Shown: positions 16,988 to 28,900, counted from the stretch's first letter. The stretch is DNA of 64,000 bases from a virus (IMGVR_UViG_3300028624_000003:156983-220982); one strand, 5' to 3'. Numbers and translations are program-made. Notes: generated by a model from the sequence alone, not told the origin.

Positions 16988-19900
16988 ATGGCGAAAGACG
17001 ATTTCGATCTTGGACCTGAATTCGATGACTTTTCTAGTGAGTTTGATGATCTCAATTTTGACGATCCTGTCTCTACCAATACGAAATCAAGCCGTGATCC
17101 TGTCACACAGGCAAAACAAGGTTTGACTTCTGGTCTGTCCGCCGCTGGTAAATCTATCGGTCCGAAACTTGCAAGTAAGATCGATCAGAACATACCCAAC
17201 GTAGGTTCTCTCGTTGGTGAAGGAATGCAGCTAGCTTCGGGTGTACAAGCTACAGCTCAGAAGTTTGCACGAGATGTCACTCCTTCGATACTCCAACTCA
17301 AACGAAGTGCGCGTATAGTTGCACCGAAGCTGACTAAGTACCTACCTGAAAAAGTATCTAAGAGGATCGATGAACTCCTTAAGACTGAGCAATCTGTATC
17401 AGGTAAAGTATCTGTAGAAGCATCACGCAAAGCAGAGATAGACGAAAGTCTGGCGCTTATTTTCGCAGCACAAGAAAAGCGCGCACAGACTACCTACGTC
17501 GAAGATCGTGCTGAGCGCATGCTCGATAAGACTACAGAAAAGATACGGCACGAAGACATGACGAAACTAGTCGACTCTATTCGAGTCGCTACTGAGTTTC
17601 AGAAGAACTTTACGTCCACTGTCGGTATCGGATATCTCAAGAAGAGTCTGGAACTCAAGTACCAGCATTTGTTTGTCGCGAAGGATACCCTGTCTACTGT
17701 ACAGGGTATGGCTAAGGTACTTGAAACCAAACTCGAACAAATCAGACACAATAGTGCACTGCCGGATATTCAGAAACAGCATTTGTCCGAATCTTACAAA
17801 GACGTGATGCGTCAGTCTGTTTCACAGAGACTGAACCAGCATCTCTCTGGGTGGGGTGGACGAATACTCAAGAACATTCAATCGAAAATACTCGATCCTG
17901 TAGTCCAAGGTCTCGATATGGCTGCTGGTGGCGCAGATATGTACGCCAGTATGTCCGAGGCTATGGAAGGGTTTGGTCCCCAAGAGACTGCCGCACAGAA
18001 AGTTGGCGGATTTGCAGGGGGTCTTGCATCAGGTAGAATAGCATCGTGGCTTTCTAAGAAAGCATTCGGTGATGGTACTACTCAGGGTATGCTATCCCCG
18101 TACGGTCGTAGCGTCGGCGATATCGCATCGCAAACGAAACTGAGACTACTTCTCAAGTCCAAAGAACTTCAAGAGAATGCAGAACCCGGATCATTCACTG
18201 GGTTCCTTGCTGACATACTTGCACCAGGTATTAACCGTGGTGGCGGGGTAATTTCTAACGATATGCTCAATCCTACTGATGCAGTACCTTTCGATAGGTC
18301 TGTTCGGCAGAGCATCGTAGAAGTCATCCCTGGTTATCTTGCCAAATCCGTACAGTTGCTGACTAAGCTCGCTACCGGTGAAGATGCAGAAGAACTCACT
18401 TATGATCACACCAAACGGGATTTCGTGAGTGTTTCTGATTTCCGTAGTCGCGTAGTAAACGAAGCGTTTGGTGATGCTGTATCTCGCGGTCGCCAGATGG
18501 GTGAATTGGTAGGTACTTACAGAGGTGTAACGGCCGCTGCTGGAAAAGATGTGGCCAGGTTTGATGAGATGTCGCAAGACATCGCGACTGTGCTCACTCA
18601 TCATGCCCTTAAGAAGTATCTGCTTAATCCCAAGGTACTGCAAAAATACGTAGAAGGTGAAGAACTCTCCGATAAGGAACAGAACTACATCTCTCGTGTT
18701 TTTGAAGGTATCGAGAATCGCCGTGCTGTAGCAACTGCGATGATTGCACCTTTGATATCTACCGACGGTAAGGTAGATCTGATAGCAGAAGAGCGTATCA
18801 ATAGAGTCATTATCGCTATCATGGGTAGTGACAGCTATCTTGATACTCTTCCGAAATATCTGCACGGGCTTGGACAGAGCAGACATCTTAGCGATCTCTT
18901 TGAGTCAGATGGAGCCGGATTTGCTTTTAACCAGAAGCGAATTCGAGAAATTCTGTTCGGCGGAAGTAGAGACGACTATGCTTCTTCCGTAACGGATACT
19001 TCTGACAGGATCAAACGCTTCTTGGATCAGGACGCGGATGAAAAATCAGCTACTCCTGAATTTGTCCGGAAGTTGTTTAAGCCGATATTTGGCGACCCTA
19101 CTGAAAGAGAAAAGGCTCCAGACGCCACCGCAGACGGACTCACTCCGGAGACCTCTGCAGCTGTAGCAGTAATCGCCAAAGAAATCGAAAAGCGAAACCA
19201 GGGTACATTTTCTTACGACCCTACTCGATCTTCAGGTGCGCGATATGCGCTAGGAAGTAATCTTCCTGCTGTGATCGATGCTGGTTATCGTGGACCGAGG
19301 TATACGTCTCTTCTGGATTCTGAAGATATTCGTCCCGGTATCGTGAATTCGGACATCATCGATGCCGAAGTCTACGAGTCGACGCGTGGTACCACGGGTA
19401 CCAGTAGCAGTGGACTGGAAGGAATATTCAAAGAACACGCAGAAAGACAACACCCCGTACCAGATCTGCTGCAGAAAATACTCGACAACATGGAGACGAA
19501 CACCAAATATCTCGGTGAGATCAATGACAAGGTTCTGTCAATGCTTGCTGAGATTGGTGATGGTTTCTTTGGAAAGCTCACACACCGTGGTAAGGACTTC
19601 GGTAAATCTCAGCTGGACAAGCTGATGAGACTGAAGACCAAAGCACAAGCTAAGATCAAAGATGCTGCAGAAGGTATGTATCTTCGTGCGCTCTATGGTA
19701 AAGACAAAATACGAGACAAGGGTGACGAACTCTATCTCCGTATGTTGTACGGGAAGGACTATCTTCTCGGAAATCAACTTGCAGGTACTCAAGGTATTCT
19801 CGGACGACTCACGGGTGGTCTTGTAGGAGCTGGTGGTACACTAGCGGGTGCCGGTGCGTCTGTTCTCGGTAGAAGTATTGGTAAGTACCAAGACTTCCGC

Positions 19901-22900
19901 AATAGCTGGGATAAGCGCAAGGAAGACTTCGCTAAGAAATATCGTGGAACCTACAAGCGGGGACTCGTCAAGGGTCGGCGGTTTGGAAGGAAAATTAAGT
20001 CTGCAGCGAATCTGAATTTCAGATATGTCGACATCTATCTGAAGGATAATGTGGAACCAGGTAAGCCTCTTCTGACAAAGAAGAAGCAAGTCGAAGGTGT
20101 CATCTTCTCCAACGGAAAGAAAGTCCAGTCTTCGTACGATATCAAATTACCTGTGCTCGATCCTGTCACGGGTGACACCCTGATCACGGAAGAAGATATC
20201 AGTATCGGACTCGTCGACATCGAGAACAGATCTCTTTCTACCGGACTCTCTGCTATCAGCTTGCTTAAGCGTGGATTCGGTTCCACGTTTGGTGGTCTCT
20301 CCAAGCTTAAGGATTTGTTCTCATCGTCAAATCCTCTAGCGAAGCTCGTTGGTAGTGCAGGTTCAGCATTCTTCGATCTCGTTGGTGCCGGTGGTAAATT
20401 CGGGTTCAAAGCATTCAGTAAGATGTTTGGGCTTGATGATACCAGTATCAATAAGGAGATACTGCAGTCTGTCGTAGGTGATAAACTCGACGCCATACTC
20501 GAGTTTTTGAAGTCCCGATTCGGGGACGGCAACATACCTCCTACTGCACCTCAGACACAATCCACTTCTCCGGTATCCTCGGATATAACCGCAGGCGACC
20601 GTGACGGTGACGGTAAGCGAGACACGATCTTCGAAGAACTCGTCGCAAAGGACGAAGAGAAGAAAGAAGCAAGAGCACAAGCCGCGCAATTGTCCATGGC
20701 TGACTCTCTTAAGAAGTTGGTCGATTATAGTGCTAAGCAGCTTGACACTGCTAAGAGTACCCTTAAGGTACAGAAAGAAGTAGCAGATGAAGCCGGTGGC
20801 GGAATCATCGACAAAATACTTGGATTCCTCGGACTTAGAAGTGCTGCAGGTGGTCTAGGTACGATGATAAAGGGTGCCGGTGGCGCATTACTCGCTAAGG
20901 TGGGTCTCGGTGGTCTATTCGGTGGTGGAGCTGCTGCAGCAGCAGGTGCTGCAAGTACTACCGCCGCCGCTGGAGCAACTGCTACTTCCGCTGCTGTAGC
21001 TACTGGTGGAATCGGTGCAGCTATGTCCGGAATGGGTGGTGCACTGGCCGCTTCCCTTGCGTCCAACCCAGTAGGTTGGGCAATTGGTGGAACCATACTA
21101 GCTGCAGGTGCTGCGTATGCTGGATATAAGTGGCTCAATCCTTCCGGGGATCTCGGAATAGAAACCCGTGCGAAAATATACGGGATAAAACTGGACGAAT
21201 CCACAGGGATGTTCAGCGAATCCATGACTGCGAAAGTCATCTCGCTCGAAGAAGAAACCGATTCTATTCTGGACAACAAATCTGCACCAATGAACGACAG
21301 CTCGATTCGTAATTGGGCAGGTAGATTTGGATTTGACGTCAAGAACGCAGAAGAAATTCGTTATTGGGCGACGTGGTATCGGCAAAGATTTGTTCCTGCA
21401 TTCCGTATTTATATCAGCCTAGTAAAGCAGGCAGGATATACGTACAGCAATGTGGATGATATCCCCGAAGAATCTATCGCTGCTATCGAAAAGGTATTCC
21501 TTGATCGAGTAGGTCCTCACGTACAACAGTACAAGGATCTCACTCCCGACAAGAACGGATATGCCAAGTATCAACGAGCGCTTAAGAAGCTCGAAGAAGA
21601 TGCCAAAAAATCTGGTGGCGTAGACCTGACAGAAGAAGAAATAGATGCAGCTCAGACAGGTCGGACTGCGCAATCCGATACCACCAGATACTCTTCGAAA
21701 TACTCCAGCACCACAGTCAGGTCAGCTGCAGCCGCTAGAATGAGTAATGGAGATTACGACACTCCTACTGGAAAAGAAAAGCAGCAGCAGGCTAAATCTC
21801 CTAGCTTCTGGGAAAAGACCAAATCATTCTTCGGCTTTGGTTCTGGTGGATCTGGACAGAATGTCGAACCTGTTGACACATCTGGATACAACCCTCCTCC
21901 ACCGGATTCCAATGAACTAGGTGCACTTTCTGCTAAATTCGAGTCCGCCAAGCTTGGCTCTCTGGCTATCGGATTTGATGGTACTGGAGGTACATCGTAC
22001 GGTAAGTACCAGATAGCGACAAGAACAGGGACTTTTAACCGGTTCTTGAAGTTTGCTGCATCTGCTGGTGGTGACGGTACTGAAGTTGCTAAAAGACTGC
22101 AGAACGCAGGTGATCCCGATACTGGAGGAAAGAACGGATCAGTTCCTAATGAGTGGAAGAAGCTCGTTATGGAAGGAAAGATGGGTGACCTGGAACACAA
22201 GTTCATACAAGCCACTCATTACGATCCTGCTTTTGGTGGACTCAATCCTGAACTTCGGTCCATGGTAGAGAAATCCAAAGCACTTCAAGACGTACTCTGG
22301 TCCACTGCCGTACAGCACGGCCCAGCAGGAGCAAAGAGCATCTTCAATGCTGCATTTGCTCAGGCAGGCAGCGCTCCTACACCGGATCAGATCATTAAGC
22401 TTGTATATGGGCATCGTGGGAACAAATTCCCATCGTCCACTGCAGCGATACAGTCATCCGTAAAAAGTAGATTCCGGACTGAAGCAGCTATGGCTCTCGC
22501 CATGCTTGCAAAGGAAAAGACTACTCCCGGGAATGAGAATCCTGACCAGCCTCCTGTATCTGGTACGAAGTATGAGGTACCTGCAGCCGAAGGAACTCCT
22601 CAGTCTGTAGCGTCCACAACATCGCAGCAGAAAGCACCTGGTATTGACACTACGCGAGACTCGACGGCAAATGCGCCTCAGTCTGCAGTAGCCACTTCAA
22701 ATACCGGTACTGGAGGAATGCCTACAAGTCCTATCTCGTCAGCTACTACTGATGCGACGACACCTAGTGCCAAAACTACATCAGGACCTGCGGATAGCGG
22801 CGTAGCAGAGCTTAAGCAGTTGAATGCCAGCATGACTCAGCTTCTTAAGAGTGTGGATGCTCTGGTAGTCGGTCAGAACGTACTGTCCGAAATTCGTGAC

Positions 22901-23068
22901 GGTATCAACTCTGGTTTTGCTGATGTGCGCGGAATGTCTTCTGGGTCTTCTGACTCAGTTAAGAGTGCTGTCGCCTCTCAAAGTGCTAGCTCAAGTGCTG
23001 CCCCGACTTCTACCGGACCGGGGGCACCTGCTATTCCTATGAGACGTGCATCCAGACGTAGTGTCTGA
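16988..23068 (+). CDS. gp181-like tape-measure/tail protein with a C-terminal lysozyme-fold (VgrG3C-like) muramidase
   Basis: 2026 aa; KKSLELKYQHLF, EVIPGYLA, DRDGDG, Gly/Ala hydrophobic region; LGALSAKFES...GGTSYGKYQIA...LQDVLWSTAVQHGP...RF..E. Confidence 0.85.
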   Translation: MAKDDFDLGPEFDDFSSEFDDLNFDDPVSTNTKSSRDPVTQAKQGLTSGLSAAGKSIGPKLASKIDQNIPNVGSLVGEGMQLASGVQATAQKFARDVTPSILQLKRSARIVAPKLTKYLPEKVSKRIDELLKTEQSVSGKVSVEASRKAEIDESLALIFAAQEKRAQTTYVEDRAERMLDKTTEKIRHEDMTKLVDSIRVATEFQKNFTSTVGIGYLKKSLELKYQHLFVAKDTLSTVQGMAKVLETKLEQIRHNSALPDIQKQHLSESYKDVMRQSVSQRLNQHLSGWGGRILKNIQSKILDPVVQGLDMAAGGADMYASMSEAMEGFGPQETAAQKVGGFAGGLASGRIASWLSKKAFGDGTTQGMLSPYGRSVGDIASQTKLRLLLKSKELQENAEPGSFTGFLADILAPGINRGGGVISNDMLNPTDAVPFDRSVRQSIVEVIPGYLAKSVQLLTKLATGEDAEELTYDHTKRDFVSVSDFRSRVVNEAFGDAVSRGRQMGELVGTYRGVTAAAGKDVARFDEMSQDIATVLTHHALKKYLLNPKVLQKYVEGEELSDKEQNYISRVFEGIENRRAVATAMIAPLISTDGKVDLIAEERINRVIIAIMGSDSYLDTLPKYLHGLGQSRHLSDLFESDGAGFAFNQKRIREILFGGSRDDYASSVTDTSDRIKRFLDQDADEKSATPEFVRKLFKPIFGDPTEREKAPDATADGLTPETSAAVAVIAKEIEKRNQGTFSYDPTRSSGARYALGSNLPAVIDAGYRGPRYTSLLDSEDIRPGIVNSDIIDAEVYESTRGTTGTSSSGLEGIFKEHAERQHPVPDLLQKILDNMETNTKYLGEINDKVLSMLAEIGDGFFGKLTHRGKDFGKSQLDKLMRLKTKAQAKIKDAAEGMYLRALYGKDKIRDKGDELYLRMLYGKDYLLGNQLAGTQGILGRLTGGLVGAGGTLAGAGASVLGRSIGKYQDFRNSWDKRKEDFAKKYRGTYKRGLVKGRRFGRKIKSAANLNFRYVDIYLKDNVEPGKPLLTKKKQVEGVIFSNGKKVQSSYDIKLPVLDPVTGDTLITEEDISIGLVDIENRSLSTGLSAISLLKRGFGSTFGGLSKLKDLFSSSNPLAKLVGSAGSAFFDLVGAGGKFGFKAFSKMFGLDDTSINKEILQSVVGDKLDAILEFLKSRFGDGNIPPTAPQTQSTSPVSSDITAGDRDGDGKRDTIFEELVAKDEEKKEARAQAAQLSMADSLKKLVDYSAKQLDTAKSTLKVQKEVADEAGGGIIDKILGFLGLRSAAGGLGTMIKGAGGALLAKVGLGGLFGGGAAAAAGAASTTAAAGATATSAAVATGGIGAAMSGMGGALAASLASNPVGWAIGGTILAAGAAYAGYKWLNPSGDLGIETRAKIYGIKLDESTGMFSESMTAKVISLEEETDSILDNKSAPMNDSSIRNWAGRFGFDVKNAEEIRYWATWYRQRFVPAFRIYISLVKQAGYTYSNVDDIPEESIAAIEKVFLDRVGPHVQQYKDLTPDKNGYAKYQRALKKLEEDAKKSGGVDLTEEEIDAAQTGRTAQSDTTRYSSKYSSTTVRSAAAARMSNGDYDTPTGKEKQQQAKSPSFWEKTKSFFGFGSGGSGQNVEPVDTSGYNPPPPDSNELGALSAKFESAKLGSLAIGFDGTGGTSYGKYQIATRTGTFNRFLKFAASAGGDGTEVAKRLQNAGDPDTGGKNGSVPNEWKKLVMEGKMGDLEHKFIQATHYDPAFGGLNPELRSMVEKSKALQDVLWSTAVQHGPAGAKSIFNAAFAQAGSAPTPDQIIKLVYGHRGNKFPSSTAAIQSSVKSRFRTEAAMALAMLAKEKTTPGNENPDQPPVSGTKYEVPAAEGTPQSVASTTSQQKAPGIDTTRDSTANAPQSAVATSNTGTGGMPTSPISSATTDATTPSAKTTSGPADSGVAELKQLNASMTQLLKSVDALVVGQNVLSEIRDGINSGFADVRGMSSGSSDSVKSAVASQSASSSAAPTSTGPGAPAIPMRRASRRSV

Positions 23069-23088
23069 TCGTAACAAAGGAATTCGAC

Positions 23089-24939
23089 ATGCTAGCTACA
23101 CAAACACAGTTCAACGACAACATGATGTCGTCCCGACTTCCGTTTGTTTTCCAGATAGGTAAAGAATTCGCCACGTTTCAAGAGACGTTGAATTATATCA
23201 CCGATCCTGGAAATGACGGAATAATCAAAGGTACTCTGTCAGACTTCAATACGAAGCTGTCCGAGATTACACCTGAGATATACATGCGAGCAAACGTATC
23301 CACCACCAGAATTGGTGGAAACGATGCCATCAACTGCTATCCGCAGTTCTGTCGAAATGACGATATCATTCACCCAGTGACTGGGTTCAATGGAAGTACG
23401 TTTGACGGTCTGGGGCGTGTCTACAGTGAAGTGTACGACATGCCCCAGCAATTACTGCACATGACGTTCGGTTGTCCTCAGCACGGAGATATGCTTTCTT
23501 TTTACACCGACGCTATCAAAACAAACGTAGCAGATCTCGTCAACAAAGGCGAGCAGTCTACTACGCGAGTTCTTTCAGAGCTCATTGGGAAATTAGCGGT
23601 AGGTGCTGCAGTGGTGGGACTGGCGATCAATATCCCTGCAATCCCTCTTCTTTACATGGCAAAGAAAGCAGCAGAAATAATTGACACAGACAGAGTCACC
23701 AAGTACTACGATTTTCGTGCGACTATGCCGTTGTACTACCGATATGTTAACAGCATTCTTGCGCATATCGCTGTTAACTTAGGTCTCATTCCCAACGGAC
23801 CTGGAGGACAGACTGCAGGTCAAATGAACGAAACCTACAAGAATTTGTATTCGAACGATGGTGCAAATCCTGATGGTATACCTAGCATACTCCGAGAAGG
23901 GTGCGACATATATCGCATCTTGGCTACAAGAGACAAATATCTCGGTACTGACCGAGGTAATGTTTCATCTGAAGACTATCTTCTCGGAGACGAAGACAGC
24001 AAGAAGACTGGGTGGTTTGATACGTTCTTCTCCAGAATAGACTCATCGATGCACGGTGCGGACAAATTTGTCGGTTTCCGTATCGAGAAGTCAGTGGATA
24101 GTAGCGAATCATTCAGTAACAACGTCGGCGAATCATCCGTGGCAGGAATGCTGAATTCCAAATCTTTGAGTATGAAGGATTTGGCGTTCTCCGCTATGGG
24201 TGGTAAGGTAGCAGATATTCCTGGCCTAGGTGTAGTAGGAGATGCACTTCAAGGGCTCTTACAGGGTGCGTCCAGTGTTCTAGGAGTAGTAGGTACTGGT
24301 GCAGGTATCATGACTGGTCAAGGGATGGTAGATATACCGAAAGTCTGGCAAGGTAGTAGCTTCTCCAAGAGCTACAACTTTAGCATGACTTTTAAAGCAC
24401 TGGAAGGATCTCCTCTTTCAGTGTTTCAAGATATCGCACTCCCTCTATCTATGCTACTAGCTGGCGCAATGCCTCGCTCAGTCGGGGAAAACGGTTACAC
24501 ACAACCATTTCTTGTACGTGCTTATAGCAAGGGTATCTTTGCTGTTCCGCTCGGAATGATCACGTCACTTACTATCAAACGTGGTGCGCAGGAATTCGGG
24601 TGGAATAACTCGATGCTTCCGACACAAGTCGAAGTATCTTTCACTATCGAGGATCTCGCTCCTGTCATGCACATGGCATTGATGGACGGGGCAGCTGAAT
24701 TCATGAAGATCTTTGGTGCCAACTCAGCATTCCAAGAGTACCTCCTTACGTTGTCTGGTATGGGACTCAACGAACGTCTGGTGTGGACACAGAAGCTCTT
24801 CAGGAAACTCGCCGTATCGCTTCGCATTGCACGAAGTACTTACGGCAACCCACTGTACTGGGCGACAGGTATCGGTAACTCCACCATCCCCAGACTAATG
24901 GCAGCATTCACGCCGTATACACGGTACGGAAACAAATAG
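23089..24939 (+). CDS. gp182-like tail/baseplate structural protein
   Basis: IGGNDAINCYPQF, GLGRVYSE, DIPKVWQGSSFS, PFLVRAY.KG....LGMI.SL. Confidence 0.75.
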   Translation: MLATQTQFNDNMMSSRLPFVFQIGKEFATFQETLNYITDPGNDGIIKGTLSDFNTKLSEITPEIYMRANVSTTRIGGNDAINCYPQFCRNDDIIHPVTGFNGSTFDGLGRVYSEVYDMPQQLLHMTFGCPQHGDMLSFYTDAIKTNVADLVNKGEQSTTRVLSELIGKLAVGAAVVGLAINIPAIPLLYMAKKAAEIIDTDRVTKYYDFRATMPLYYRYVNSILAHIAVNLGLIPNGPGGQTAGQMNETYKNLYSNDGANPDGIPSILREGCDIYRILATRDKYLGTDRGNVSSEDYLLGDEDSKKTGWFDTFFSRIDSSMHGADKFVGFRIEKSVDSSESFSNNVGESSVAGMLNSKSLSMKDLAFSAMGGKVADIPGLGVVGDALQGLLQGASSVLGVVGTGAGIMTGQGMVDIPKVWQGSSFSKSYNFSMTFKALEGSPLSVFQDIALPLSMLLAGAMPRSVGENGYTQPFLVRAYSKGIFAVPLGMITSLTIKRGAQEFGWNNSMLPTQVEVSFTIEDLAPVMHMALMDGAAEFMKIFGANSAFQEYLLTLSGMGLNERLVWTQKLFRKLAVSLRIARSTYGNPLYWATGIGNSTIPRLMAAFTPYTRYGNK

Positions 24940-24978
24940 CTGGAAGGAGGACGAAAGTCCTCCCTCCAGTTTTATATT
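24940..24978 (+). terminator. Intrinsic terminator
   Basis: CTGGAAGGAGGAC-GAAA-GTCCTCCCTCCAG-TTTTATATT. Confidence 0.8.
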
Positions 24979-25020
24979 TCTACTATATTTGAGAGGTGTA
25001 TGTACTAGGAGGAATTAACC

Positions 25021-25359
25021 ATGTATAGAAACAGAATAGTACGCAGGTACCCGAGTACATATTTTCGAGGTTATGTATTCGCAGGCGATGACATGGCGTG
25101 CAATTGTGAGATAAAGAAAACGAATTCACGGGTTTTCGTATACTCTCTTTATACTGAGGAGAAGTATAGACGACAAGGGTGTGCCACTAGACTTCTCAAT
25201 TACATCATGTCGTATTTCAAAAATTGTGACATGATCCTTCAAGTATACGAAACCAATCATGGAGCTCGTGCGCTGTATGACAAACTAGGATTCGTTGAAC
25301 TGGATTATCAGTTGGACCAGTATGGCGAGAAGGTATTCAGACTACTCAAGCTAGCATAA
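25021..25359 (+). CDS. GNAT N-acetyltransferase
   Basis: YRRQGCATRLL; LQVYETNHGARALYDKLGF. Confidence 0.85.
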   Translation: MYRNRIVRRYPSTYFRGYVFAGDDMACNCEIKKTNSRVFVYSLYTEEKYRRQGCATRLLNYIMSYFKNCDMILQVYETNHGARALYDKLGFVELDYQLDQYGEKVFRLLKLA

Positions 25360-25376
25360 CCCAGTAAAATTTCTGA

Positions 25377-25394
25377 TATACATTACTACTACGA
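25377..25394 (+). promoter_or_regulatory. Early promoter TATACATTAC-N6-GA
   Basis: Motif copy. Confidence 0.8.
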
Positions 25395-25431
25395 AAGATC
25401 CATAACTATCCATAAGGAGGCGTAGTTTGAA

Positions 25432-25860
25432 ATGGACAATACCTTAGTAGTATTTGAACCATTCGAAGTCGATGCGGTCGCGCTCATCCTGGATTTTCAT
25501 CGGTACGTGTTTCATGACTACTACGTACTTAACCCGACAGAGCAATCTATCAAACTGGCACAAATCGGGATCGATGTAAACTACGGTGAACCTGTCGTAC
25601 GTCTGGTCATCTCCAATGAGGATGAGAGAGACTGGACGTACAGCTATCCTGAACAAGTAAAAGAACAGCTGATCGATCTGCACGGATCTGACGCATACAC
25701 GAGTGCGCCAGAATACTTTCCTTTACGTCTTCTGACTGAAGTACGTGAAGGTAAAATATTCAATCTCGGTGTTTTCTCGGGAATCAGGGCATCTCAGATG
25801 ACGGCGCTCGGGGGCACAGAACTCACCTTCGAGCGCGTAATCTGGCACATGTCGGAATGA
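25432..25860 (+). CDS. Hypothetical early protein
   Basis: SD AAGGAGG; has its own promoter and hairpin. Confidence 0.7.
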   Translation: MDNTLVVFEPFEVDAVALILDFHRYVFHDYYVLNPTEQSIKLAQIGIDVNYGEPVVRLVISNEDERDWTYSYPEQVKEQLIDLHGSDAYTSAPEYFPLRLLTEVREGKIFNLGVFSGIRASQMTALGGTELTFERVIWHMSE

Positions 25861-25861
25861 T

Positions 25862-25893
25862 GAGTAGCGGGTGGGTAATCCCACCCGCTACTC
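25862..25893 (+). terminator. 14-bp stem-loop
   Basis: GAGTAGCGGGTGGG-TAAT-CCCACCCGCTACTC. Confidence 0.65.
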
Positions 25894-25959
25894 GCATCCT
25901 GTGCACGTTAATTTTTTGTCTAATAGCTTATCGTATAGACTTTTAAGGAGGACTCCCTC

Positions 25960-28900
25960 ATGTTCGAAGATATCATCAGTGCAGGAGAAGAGCGGTTGAT
26001 GTTCAATGCGTTCTTCCGTAAGCATTTCGCATTTCGTCAGGGTGATTTGGCTCCTGTATTCAAGCCACTTCCCTCGGATATCGTCCTTCCTGCTGGAAGC
26101 CTGATTCACGTCGTGGACAACATGTACAGCAGAGACAACAGCCTTCCGTTGTCGGATGCACCCAATATGAGAATTCCTCTCATAGCCAACGATACCTACA
26201 GAAAGTTTGTACATCACCGTATTGCAATCGACACTGATGGACCCGTCAAGATAGACGAGAAGTATGTGTTCCGCACACAGAATCTCGCACAAAACCTGAA
26301 GCAATTCCGAAGCTGGACGACCAAGCAAAAGAATTTGCGTGTAGTAGAGAATCTGAAAGATCTTCCTGCTACAAAAACTACGTTAGCGATCATAAACCAC
26401 AACCCACTGTTTCGTACAGTAGTTCGTGGTATGCTTCCTAACTATCGTCAGTTCAAGATCATCTTTTCTTCGATTCTGAACACTGCGGCAAAATGCCCTA
26501 GCGACCGTACCCAGTACATCGTCATTCCTTTATCGAAGCAGATGTACAACCGCAGTGACTTCTTCCTTGCAAAGAAACAAGAAACTCCATCCGCAATCAA
26601 GTCGAAGAATAGCTACCACTATTTCTTCATGATGCACTGGTTGAACTTCCTCGACGTCGCAACAGACCTTTCACTCTTTGAGAGTTATCCTGAAGATCGT
26701 TGGGGAAACACGGTGATTGTGTTCACCTACGGTGTCGATGAGATGAAGTATGCCATGTTCTGGACTCTTCATGACGCAATTGCACTCAATCAACAGAACC
26801 GTGGATACAACAAGATCGTCAATCAGCTCAATGCGTTCGTACTGACAAACATGGGCGTTGAGCTTGAGAACACTGACAACGAACTTCAAGTCGAAGGCAA
26901 ACTTGCAGAAGTTGTCGACAAGGGTCAAGTAGTTAGCGATACTCCAGATACTGAAGTTGTCGCTATGGGACCGAAAGACGATCAAGAAACAGAACTGAGT
27001 GACGATCCTCAAGATATCGAAGAAGATGTTGCACTCAGTGAAAAGATCAAAGCTATGTTCAGTGATCTCACGAATGTGAAAGCACTGGACCCAGAAATAG
27101 CTCCGATCAAAATGGGCGGACTTGCGTACGCTGAGGGAGAAGAAGATACTCCTATTCGGTATACGAAACCTACGAAAACCGAGGGTAAGAGCAACCCTAC
27201 AGAGACGGAGAATAATCCCGATTTCGCACAAGAAAAACCCGAACAAATGAGGGTTATATCTGACGAAATCGAAGAAGACGCGGAAACTCAGGAAGTAGGA
27301 GTACTATCGAAGATAACTCCTGTAACAACTCCTGAACAGATATCGGAAATGGGTAAAGCCCATCTTCAAGAGATCGACGAAAAGGTGGAAGAGCTTCTTC
27401 GTAAAGATCCTAATCTCACACCGAAAGCAAAAGAACGTCTGCTCAGGATCTCTGCGAATTCCAAACAGGTTAAACTCAATGGGAAAACTATTGAGGAACA
27501 CCTCACAGAATCAGTGGATCCTACTCTCACGAGTCACACGCTCGATCACTTGGCTGATCAATTGGCAGATCCTTCGATGGCTAATGCCAGTATTCAGTCA
27601 TTCGACCAGCTTTACATGGAGAAATTCTACCATCGTGATTTGGCTGCAGTTGCTGTGGGACTGAACAGTCACGGAATGTTTCTCACTGGAATCGAAGAGG
27701 TAGTACAGTCCGACGAACTGAACCGTCTTGTACACTACAAAATGAAATTTGTAGACAAGAATGGCAAATCGCACAAGTTGCAGTTCAGTCTTCCTCAAGT
27801 AGACAAGAACGGCAATTGTCTGATCAATGGTGTGGAGTGCAAGCTTCGTAAACAGATGACCAACCTCCCGATTTGCAAAGTATCTCCTACCAGAGTATCT
27901 CTTGCCTCGTCATTCAACAAGACGGTAGTAGAAAGGAATCTGGCAAAAGCTCACAGCTTCCTGCCTTACTTCCAGAAGCTCATGTCCATGGCTGCCAAAA
28001 ATAAAGAAGGTAGCGAAACAGGAGCGGCTCTGACCGAGGTAGATTACGGGAGTGTGAAGATCAATGATCGAATCTCCACGGAGTATGCTGACATTGCTAC
28101 GCTCTACAAGAGCTTTACACTAGTCTGCAAGAATTCTGATACGTATCGGTTCGTACTGGATGTGAATGCGTACAGAACCGAAGTATACCAATTCTCAGGG
28201 CAGAGTAATGTATACTCCGAGAAGAATATCACGACACTCGCTGAGAAATACGGTACCCCTTTCGGGCTGTGCAAGATCGACGGTGAAAAATACCTACTGT
28301 TCATCCGTGCTAACAACATCGTGACGATGATTAGCTGCAAAGCGGTGAACGTGAAAGGATTGACCAGCAAAGATATCGTAGCGCACAGAACGACGATTAT
28401 CGACATGTTCTCCGCAATCATTGGGAAGCCATCGACAAGACTGACTGAATGGACAGATATCAAGATTCTCGACAAGAAATTCCCAGTAGGGTTCTTGCTC
28501 TGTTTCCAGTTTGGTCTGAAGCATATACTCGACTATCTTGGCGTGCGGTACAGACGCACCGGAGTCCGCAGTCGACAAAGTCTGCGCGCAAGTGACATTG
28601 TCATTCCTTTCAAGGACGAAGCACTGATCATTCCGAGATACCCTCTCCGGAACTCACTGATCGTCACCGGATTGACGATGTTCAATACGAAGAAGTACAT
28701 GTTCGAAGACTTCAATGAGAAAAACGTGTACTACGAACTCTTGACCGATAAGGGCTTCAAGACCAACTATCTCAAGGGCATCGAAGATACTTTCAAGTAC
28801 TTCGTAGACCACAAAACAAAAGAGACCTTGATTCAGATGGGTGAACCCGCCACATTCAAGGATCTCCTCATTCGTGCTACCGATATGCTTTGTACTCCGA

